From assembly GCA_002787355.1 (NCBI GenBank), contig PCWN01000007.1, positions 315,552-379,551 on the forward strand: DNA of 64,000 nucleotides, read 5' to 3'. The notes below the pieces were generated by a model. That model made no database searches, was not told the origin of the DNA, and was given only the letters and a program-made list of their open reading frames with translations. This DNA comes from Candidatus Magasanikbacteria bacterium CG11_big_fil_rev_8_21_14_0_20_39_34. GTDB taxonomy: Bacteria; Patescibacteriota; Patescibacteriia; Magasanikbacterales; UBA922. Every line of letters starts with the position of its first letter. Position 1 is the stretch's first letter. The translations under genes and the position numbers were made by a program. Below are positions 57,617 through 64,000 of the stretch, piece by piece.

Positions 57617-59002
57617 ATGAACCTCATGTATCGTAGTAAACAGATTCTTTTAATATTGGGAGACCTTCTTATTTTTGTGTTTTCTCTCTGGTTGAGTATT
57701 TCCGTACGACATTTTTCCGTACCCAGTTCTGATACATTTTTTCTCCATTTGCATTACTTTTTTTTCATTCTTTTGACAAGTGTTGTCATCAACTACATAA
57801 ATGGACTCTATGACTTAGATGATGACCTCCGTGGAAAACGACTCTTACGCAGAATATTGGAGACATCCAGTGTATCCCTGGTTGCAACCATTGCATACTT
57901 CTATGTAATAGATACTTCAGAGATTACCCCAAAGACGCTTCTCCTCCTCAATATTTTCTTTGCATACTCTCTCATCTTTTTTTGGAGAAATTTATTCCGA
58001 CATATTGCTCGCTTTGAAAGGCTTACCAATAATATTGTTTTTGTAGGTCTTCCCAAAGAAACAGAAGAATTGATACAACATATTGAAACAAAAGAAGGAA
58101 AAGGATACAAAGTTGTTGCTATCATCAACGAAATAAAAGAAAAAGATAAGTCATATCCTTGTGAAGTATACACAGATATTACAAAAATTCGCGCTATCAT
58201 CACTACAAAAAAAGCACATACTATTGTAGTGGCACCGCATCTCAAAAATACTCTTGATATCAATCGAGAGCTCTATGAACTTCTGTTTTGGGATGTTCGA
58301 GTAGTAGACCTTTCTTCATTTTATGAAAATATGATGGGGCGCGTTCCACCATTTACCTTTTCTGAAAGTTGGTTTTTGCAAAATTTGGGACACAAGGATA
58401 ATCCTATTTATTTGCGTATTCGTAAGGCATTGGATTATATTACCGGTATTCTTCTTTTTGGTATATTTCTCTTATTGCTTCCTGTTGTTGCTGTTCTCAT
58501 CAAGCTTGACTCAAAGGGGCCGGTTTTCTTTTCACAAAACCGAATAGGAAAATTTGGAAATACCTTTAGAATTTTCAAGTTTCGATCCATGTTTGCACTT
58601 TCCGAAGATGGAAGTGCAGAAGTTGATGGAGCACAATTTGCCATAAAAAATGACAAACGGGTGACCCGCATTGGGAGATTCCTCAGAAAAACACGCATAG
58701 ATGAACTTCCTCAATGTATTAATATTCTCAAAGGTGAACTCACACTTGTAGGTCCTCGTCCGGAACGTCCCCAAATTGTAGAAAAGTTGGAACTCCAAAT
58801 GCCATACTATTCCCTGCGTCACATAGTGAAACCTGGAATCACCGGTTGGGCCGTTATTCATCAAAATTATACGGATAATTTGGAAACATCCTTACAGAAA
58901 CTTCAATATGATCTCTATTACATAAAAAACAGATCCATTCTTTTGGACCTGTCTATTCTTCTACGGACGGTAAATGTTATCATGCGCTTTCGGGGGCAAT
59001 AA
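57617..59002 (+). CDS. Polyprenyl glycosylphosphotransferase (WbaP/WcaJ 'bacterial sugar transferase' family)
   Basis: N-terminal TMs. The C-terminal domain contains PVFFSQNRIGKFG...FKFRSM and DELPQCINILKGELTLVGPRPERP. Confidence 0.85.
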   Translation: MNLMYRSKQILLILGDLLIFVFSLWLSISVRHFSVPSSDTFFLHLHYFFFILLTSVVINYINGLYDLDDDLRGKRLLRRILETSSVSLVATIAYFYVIDTSEITPKTLLLLNIFFAYSLIFFWRNLFRHIARFERLTNNIVFVGLPKETEELIQHIETKEGKGYKVVAIINEIKEKDKSYPCEVYTDITKIRAIITTKKAHTIVVAPHLKNTLDINRELYELLFWDVRVVDLSSFYENMMGRVPPFTFSESWFLQNLGHKDNPIYLRIRKALDYITGILLFGIFLLLLPVVAVLIKLDSKGPVFFSQNRIGKFGNTFRIFKFRSMFALSEDGSAEVDGAQFAIKNDKRVTRIGRFLRKTRIDELPQCINILKGELTLVGPRPERPQIVEKLELQMPYYSLRHIVKPGITGWAVIHQNYTDNLETSLQKLQYDLYYIKNRSILLDLSILLRTVNVIMRFRGQ

Positions 59003-59009
59003 AACTATT

Positions 59010-59924
59010 TTACGCAATCCCCCATTCTTCTTTTAACTTTGCAATACCCTCCTCGAGCGCTATGGTAGGCTCCCAACCAAGCAATTCTTTTGCTTTTGTA
59101 ATGTCTGCTTCCATAAAACGAACATCTCCCGGGCGTGGATCAATGTTTACCGATTCTCCACCAATAAGTTTTACAATGTCATTTACGGAATGTGGATTAT
59201 GATTTCCAATATTTATGATTTCACCATTTCCAACATTTTCTTTTGTCATAGCAAGAATATTGGCACGGACCACGTCATTTACATGAGTGTAGTCTCGATA
59301 GTACTCTCCATCTCCACAAACGGTCATTGGTTCTGCATCTTTTACTTGTTTCAAAAATTTTCCAATAACCAATGCATACGCACCATTTGGATCACAATAT
59401 GGTCCATAAATATTAAAGTAAACAAGGCTTACGGTTTGGAGTCCATAGAGCCCTGCAAAAAGTCTACAATAATGTTCACCAATAAATTTGTGCAATGCAT
59501 ATGGGGCAATAGGAAGTTTTTCTAAGCCATCCTCTTTTACCGGGTAAACTTCTTGGTTTCCATAAGAAGAAGATGAGGAAGAAAATACCACACGTTTGAC
59601 TCCGTTGTCTCGAGCTGCCAAGAGAACTTGAAGCGTTCCATTTACATTGACATCATGAGTTTCTTCAGGATTTTCCACCGAAAAAGTCACACGAGGAAGC
59701 GCCGCCATATGAAAAACTCCGTCCACCCCTTGCATAGCCTTATCCAGATCTTCACGTTTACGAATATCCCCATCTATATAGGTAATATTTTCTTGGATAC
59801 GACTCTCCATCTTTCCACCCGCATAGTTATCCAATACAACCACTTCATGGCCTTGTTTTTTAAGTTCAATTGCAAGATTTGTTCCTATAAAACCAGCACC
59901 ACCGGTAATAAGATATTTTGACAT
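59010..59924 (-). CDS. NAD-dependent epimerase/dehydratase (GalE-like UDP-sugar 4-epimerase)
   Basis: ITGGAGFIGTNL and the YxxxK motif (YALHK). Confidence 0.7.
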   Translation of the reverse strand: MSKYLITGGAGFIGTNLAIELKKQGHEVVVLDNYAGGKMESRIQENITYIDGDIRKREDLDKAMQGVDGVFHMAALPRVTFSVENPEETHDVNVNGTLQVLLAARDNGVKRVVFSSSSSSYGNQEVYPVKEDGLEKLPIAPYALHKFIGEHYCRLFAGLYGLQTVSLVYFNIYGPYCDPNGAYALVIGKFLKQVKDAEPMTVCGDGEYYRDYTHVNDVVRANILAMTKENVGNGEIINIGNHNPHSVNDIVKLIGGESVNIDPRPGDVRFMEADITKAKELLGWEPTIALEEGIAKLKEEWGIA

Positions 59925-59967
59925 ACATTCTTAAATTAAAGCTAAGTCGTATAAATGTAAGAGTTGA

Positions 59968-61272
59968 CTACATGGACCAATACCGCATGCCCTCATCTTC
60001 AATGTCCTGCTTTGAATACAGTCTTTTGATATCTACCAAAAGAAGATTTTCATGATTCATAAGAGCACGCAGATCCTTTGGGGTCATGTCTTTATATTCA
60101 TCATGTGCCACGGCTACAATGAGAGTATCTGCATTCACAAGATCTTCTTTTTTGGCAAGATGAATTCCATATTCGTGAAAAACCTCTTGCTCATCTGCAA
60201 TAGGATCATAAACAATAGGTTCAACACCAAAATCTTTGAGTTCCAAAATAAGTTCCGCAACCTTAGAGTTTCGAATATCTTTTACATTTTCTTTGAAGGT
60301 AATTCCCAGCACAGCAAATTTGGATTTACTGACATCTTTGCCCACTCGTACCATTTCTTTGATAATAGACTGTGCTATAAACTTATGCATGGAATCATTA
60401 ATTCCACGACCAGCTAAAATCATCTCCGGACGATGTCCAACTTCTTGTGCCTTAAAAGTAAGATAATACGGATCCACACCAATACAATGTCCTCCTACAA
60501 GACCTGGCAAAAATTTTAAAAAGTTCCATTTGGTTCCTGCTGCATCAAGCACATCATAAACAGAAATATCCATCTTAGAAAAGAGCATAGCAAGCTCATT
60601 CATGAGTGCAATGTTGATGTCACGCTGAGTGTTTTCAATTACCTTTGCGGCTTCTGCTACCCGAATGGATGCTGCTAAAAAGGTATTGGTAATGGCACCA
60701 TATACCTGTGCAATGACGTGTGAACTTTCTGCATCGGAGCCTGAAACCACTTTGGTAATTTTATCAATGGTATGTTCTTTGTCACCTGGATTTACACGCT
60801 CAGGTGAATATCCTACCCAAAAATTTTTCTTATGTGTTAAACCAGAAGTCTTCTCAAGAAGTGGTACACAAATATCTTCCGTAACACCCGGATACACCGT
60901 TGACTCAAACACAACAATGCTCCCCGCAGCCATGTTTGCTCCCACCATTTCACTGGCTCTTTTTACAATACCAAGGTCTGGAATATTATTTTTGTCTACC
61001 GGGGTTGGAACCGCCACAATAATGTAGCGCGCCTCTGAGATTCTCTTTTGATCACAGGTATAGTCCAACTGTACGGCTTTCAACTCATCTGAGGTAAGTT
61101 CATTCATCCTATCATACCCGGTTTTGAGTTGTTCTATCTTTTCTTGATCAATATCAAAACCTATCACATCAAAATGTTTTGCCAAAAGAACCGCCAGAGG
61201 AAGCCCAACATACCCAAGGCCTACCACACAAAGTTTCTCTTGTTTTGATTGTAATTGTTCAAAAGTTACCAT
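59968..61272 (-). CDS. Nucleotide-sugar dehydrogenase (UDP-GlcNAc/ManNAc/Glc 6-dehydrogenase family)
   Basis: N-terminal Rossmann motif VVGLGYVGLPLAV, a catalytic Cys region and a C-terminal UDPG_MGDP_dh domain. Confidence 0.8.
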   Translation of the reverse strand: MVTFEQLQSKQEKLCVVGLGYVGLPLAVLLAKHFDVIGFDIDQEKIEQLKTGYDRMNELTSDELKAVQLDYTCDQKRISEARYIIVAVPTPVDKNNIPDLGIVKRASEMVGANMAAGSIVVFESTVYPGVTEDICVPLLEKTSGLTHKKNFWVGYSPERVNPGDKEHTIDKITKVVSGSDAESSHVIAQVYGAITNTFLAASIRVAEAAKVIENTQRDINIALMNELAMLFSKMDISVYDVLDAAGTKWNFLKFLPGLVGGHCIGVDPYYLTFKAQEVGHRPEMILAGRGINDSMHKFIAQSIIKEMVRVGKDVSKSKFAVLGITFKENVKDIRNSKVAELILELKDFGVEPIVYDPIADEQEVFHEYGIHLAKKEDLVNADTLIVAVAHDEYKDMTPKDLRALMNHENLLLVDIKRLYSKQDIEDEGMRYWSM

Positions 61273-61406
61273 AATTTTTTTCTAATATGGAGATATTATA
61301 CATAGAATGATAAACCATTTCAAGCCCCCTCCATCAAATAGAGCTTTCCCAGACAAAGTACGATCCCTCTTCACAAAAGTGCCTAAATTGAGTACCATAG
61401 GGACAT

Positions 61407-62540
61407 ATGAAAATACTTTTTCTCATTACCAAAGCAGAAGTGGGGGGTGCACAAAAAATGACCCTCACCCTCTCCAAAGAGCTCAAACGTCGTGGCCATG
61501 AGGTCATGCTTGGTTTGGGAAAAAATACCGGAACTTTTTTGATTGATGAGCTTCAAAAAGAAGATATTCCCTTTCATACCTTTTCATACCTCTCAAGAAG
61601 CCTGAATCCCCTTTTGATTTTTCAATTTAAAAAAGAATTTTCTCAGTTTCTCAGTAAGAATTCTTTTGATGTTATTCATCTCAATAGCTCCAATACACTT
61701 CCCGCTGCAGAAGTTACGAAGAAAAAAAGTCCCAAAACAAAAACGGTGTTCACCTTTCGAGGGCTTTCCTATCTTGACCCGGGTTCAAAAAAATATCTTC
61801 TCAAATTCTTTTTTCAAAAATTTTATCTTCACTACCTCCCATTTATTGACCATCCCGTTTTCGTAAGTCAGACCAATCGTGAATATGCAAACAAAATTAA
61901 CCTCTGCAAAAGCCAAGAGGTTGTTTACAATGCTCCCGAAGTAGAATATCTCTCAAAACAGGAATCCGAGGAAGAACTTGAACGGCTTATCCATAAAGAA
62001 AAAGGATTTCTCAGAGAAAAACAAATTTTGGGATCCATAGGAAGGCTAGCATACCCAAAAAACTATGAACTTATATTCAAAGCCCTTCCAAAGCTTTTAC
62101 AGACAAATCCAAATATTCTGTTTTTTCTTTTTGGAAGTGGACCGGAATTTCAAAATTATCAGTCCATCATTCAAAAAGAAAATCTTTCTGAAAACGTTTT
62201 TATCCTCCAGGCGGAAAACGCTGCACAATACCTCAAGGGATTTCATATTTTTGTCCTCCCATCCCTCTATGAAGGGCTCTCGATTACACTCATTGAAGCG
62301 CTCCAAGCGCATATTCCCATAGTTGCCTCAGACGTAGGAGGAAGCCATGAAGTTCTCCATGATGATACAAATCAGCTCTTTGAAAGTGGTCATGAGACTG
62401 CTTTGTGTGAAAAAATAAAAGCATTTTTGGATAATAGAATGCTTTTTGAAGAAACTATAGAAAAAAACAAGGTTTTTTCAAAAGATTTTGGTGTCAAAAC
62501 CATGGTTGAGGATTATCTGAAAATATACACAAAAAAATAG
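61407..62540 (+). CDS. Glycosyltransferase family 4
   Basis: MKILFLITKAEVGGAQK and a C-terminal FVLPSLYEGLSITLIEALQAHIPIVASDVGGSHEV. Confidence 0.75.
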   Translation: MKILFLITKAEVGGAQKMTLTLSKELKRRGHEVMLGLGKNTGTFLIDELQKEDIPFHTFSYLSRSLNPLLIFQFKKEFSQFLSKNSFDVIHLNSSNTLPAAEVTKKKSPKTKTVFTFRGLSYLDPGSKKYLLKFFFQKFYLHYLPFIDHPVFVSQTNREYANKINLCKSQEVVYNAPEVEYLSKQESEEELERLIHKEKGFLREKQILGSIGRLAYPKNYELIFKALPKLLQTNPNILFFLFGSGPEFQNYQSIIQKENLSENVFILQAENAAQYLKGFHIFVLPSLYEGLSITLIEALQAHIPIVASDVGGSHEVLHDDTNQLFESGHETALCEKIKAFLDNRMLFEETIEKNKVFSKDFGVKTMVEDYLKIYTKK

Positions 62541-62572
62541 CTAAAATAAGATAAAAAATAAATTACATCGCA

Positions 62573-62596
62573 AGGCCTTGAAAAAGGCCTTTTTTA
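62573..62596 (+). terminator. Rho-independent terminator (aggcctt-gaaa-aaggcct + T6)
   Basis: Read directly from the sequence; it follows the GT4 gene. Confidence 0.65.
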
Positions 62597-62598
62597 TA

Positions 62599-62627
62599 TT
62601 GACAAAAGGGTCTTTTTTTGCTACAAT
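62599..62627 (+). promoter_or_regulatory. Near-consensus sigma70 promoter TTGACA-N17-TACAAT
   Basis: Both hexamers are perfect or near-perfect with 17-nt spacing. It sits about 290 nt upstream of the GC-rich lipoprotein ORF. Confidence 0.5.
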
Positions 62628-62685
62628 AGCCAGTTATTGTATATAGTGTACAATAGAGTGTTCTTTACAAAATCTCAGGCTCTAC

Positions 62686-62726
62686 AGGTAGGAAAAAATT
62701 GATATGCTGTCAATTTTTTCCTGCCT
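62686..62726 (+). other. 18-19 bp perfect RNA hairpin (with G-U pairs) in the 5' leader
   Basis: aggtaggaaaaaattgata / tgtcaattttttcctgcct, read from the sequence. It sits at the AT-rich/GC-rich junction. Confidence 0.5.
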
Positions 62727-62913
62727 AGCTCTCTCCGCTGTTGCGCGAAGGGCGGAAGTAGGGCTTGGGTCCCACAGCATGGGTCCTTCTCCGGTAATTT
62801 CTCCGGAGTGACGTTACCTTCCATGCACGGTAGTAATACTGGTGGGAAAAAGATGCAATGTGCGCTCTATCGGGAAAGGTGCCCGAGAAAGCGTAGGATA
62901 CAGGAGTCTTGTC

Positions 62914-64000
62914 ATGAACCGGTTTTTCACCCTGGTGGCGGCCTGCCTTTTTTCGTTCCTCCTGGGCGGCTGCTTGCCGTCCTTGGAGGACGAGTGCAAC
63001 TCGGACCGGGACTGCCCCCGGTTCGCCGAGGGGGCGACCTGCCGAGTGGGCATCTGCCTGCTCGGCACGGACGCCGCCCCGACCGACGCGGCGATGAATG
63101 ATGATGGTGCGGACGGGACGAACGTCCCGACCGACGCCGCCACCGACGCCGCCACCGACGCCACCCCCGACGCGGCGATGCCCGATGCCGAGGTGCCCGA
63201 TGCCGAGGTGCCCGATGCCGAGGTGCCCGATGCCGAGGTGCCCGACGCCACCCCCGACGCGGCGATGCCCGACGCCGCACTGACCGATGCCGACATTCCC
63301 GATTCCTCGCCACCGTGCGAGGACAGTCCGTCCTTCGGGGCGGACTGTGAGACGGGGATGCCCGGCGCCTGCGCCATCGGCACCATGGAGTGTGAGCTCG
63401 GTGAGCTGGCCTGCGTGCCCGCCACCGAGCCCACCGACGAGGTGTGCGACGGCCTGGACAACGACTGCGACGAGCAGATCGACGAGGGCTTCGACCTGCA
63501 GGCCGACCCCAGCCACTGCGGCGCCTGTGGCCGCACCTGCTCCTTCGAGCACGCCACCCCGGCCTGCGTGGCCGGGGTGTGTCAGATCGAGCAGTGTGAC
63601 CAGGGGCAAGTCGATCTCGACGAGCGGCCCGACAACGGCTGCGAGTACCACTGCACGCCCACCCAGGAGGGTGAGGCGTGCGGCGATGAGATCGACAACG
63701 ACTGCGATGGCTCGGTCGACGAGGAGTGCGCCTGCGATCCTCACACCTTCCAGCCGGCCCCCTGCAACGCGCAGGGTGAGGTCGGCGCCTGCCGCAACGG
63801 CACCTCACGGTGCCAGAACGGCAACGGCTCGCGTGTCGTCTGCGAGCCGTCGCAGCCCCAAGACGAGGCCTGCGACGGTATCGACAACGACTGCGATGGA
63901 AGCATCGACGAGGGCCTGCGCAACGCCTGCGGTGAGTGTGGCGAGGTGCCCGCGGAGACCTGCAACGGTCGCGATGACAACTGCGACGGGCAGATCGACG
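62914..64000 (+). CDS. Lipoprotein (partial, runs off the window) with tandem PDAEV repeats and MopE/myxobacterial-type Cys-rich CxxGxDNDCDGxxDE repeats
   Basis: Hand-translated. It has a signal peptide with a lipobox LLGGC, four exact PDAEV repeats, and at least four C-x2-G-x-DNDCD-x3-DE modules. GC content is about 68% with extreme GC3. The ORF track missed it because it has no stop inside the window. Confidence 0.7.
   Translation, partial: MNRFFTLVAACLFSFLLGGCLPSLEDECNSDRDCPRFAEGATCRVGICLLGTDAAPTDAAMNDDGADGTNVPTDAATDAATDATPDAAMPDAEVPDAEVPDAEVPDAEVPDATPDAAMPDAALTDADIPDSSPPCEDSPSFGADCETGMPGACAIGTMECELGELACVPATEPTDEVCDGLDNDCDEQIDEGFDLQADPSHCGACGRTCSFEHATPACVAGVCQIEQCDQGQVDLDERPDNGCEYHCTPTQEGEACGDEIDNDCDGSVDEECACDPHTFQPAPCNAQGEVGACRNGTSRCQNGNGSRVVCEPSQPQDEACDGIDNDCDGSIDEGLRNACGECGEVPAETCNGRDDNCDGQID
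63181..63240 (+). repeat. 4 x 15-bp perfect tandem repeat (cccgatgccgaggtg), coding for PDAEV
   Basis: Read directly from the sequence. It lies inside the lipoprotein ORF. Confidence 0.9.

Noticed and set aside
63181-63240. Tandem 15-bp repeats considered as a CRISPR or other noncoding repeat array
   Set aside because: There are only 4 units with no spacers, and they are in-frame coding repeats (PDAEV) inside an ORF.
62725-63808. Long minus-strand ORFs (62725..63744, 62814..63557, 62927..63808) and plus-strand 62808..63101 and 63098..63283
   Set aside because: They are Arg/Pro-rich low-complexity translations. These are the typical antisense or alternate-frame artefacts of a high-GC gene. 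The coherent frame is the plus-strand lipoprotein starting at 62914.

Overview
This 64 kb window is an AT-rich (roughly 35-40% GC) bacterial chromosomal segment. Its composition and gene content are consistent with a small-genome lineage such as Patescibacteria/CPR, but that is an inference. I ran no searches; all calls come from reading motifs in the ORF translations.

Gene content in brief:
- Housekeeping and DNA metabolism: CysQ/IMPase, FolD, DnaX, DnaB, YbaB-RecR, ribosomal protein L21, MsrA, Tag, OTCase-family, queuosine-salvage protein, NUDIX, HIT, TspO, DoxX, DedA, SWIB.
- A rearranged division/cell-wall block: pilT, ftsI, murF, mraZ, rsmH, ftsL.
- Heavy investment in envelope glycosylation: at least three DPM-synthase-like GT2 and four GT4 enzymes, PMT/ArnT-like GT-C proteins, a CDP-alcohol phosphatidyltransferase, UXS, a GalE-like epimerase, a nucleotide-sugar dehydrogenase and a WbaP-like phosphotransferase.
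- Secreted S8 and C39-like peptidases.

Main finding: a roughly 7 kb tRNA-Gln-associated accessory island at 17.7-25.0 kb.
- It is bounded by 15/16-nt direct repeats and terminators.
- It carries a decayed recombinase-like remnant.
- It carries a LexA-type (HTH + S24 autopeptidase) repressor divergent from a tight four-gene operon.
- That operon is Type III R-M Mod, Type III Res, then a cGAS/DncV-like nucleotidyltransferase and a 2TM effector (minimal CBASS-like pair).
- The arrangement looks like one composite defense locus under SOS-type control.

Other anomalies:
- A VirD4/TraD-like coupling-ATPase operon with a nucleotidyltransferase partner and no other conjugation genes.
- Two short 60-65% GC islets (about 940-1380 and 3190-3565), the second bracketed by two terminators and carrying one 81-aa ORF.
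- An abrupt switch to about 68% GC from about 62.74 kb to the window end. This block encodes a lipoprotein with four tandem PDAEV repeats and MopE/myxobacterial-type Cys-rich CxxGxDNDCDGxxDE repeats. It is either high-GC horizontal transfer or an assembly chimera.

No rRNA genes or CRISPR arrays were seen. One tRNA was found.
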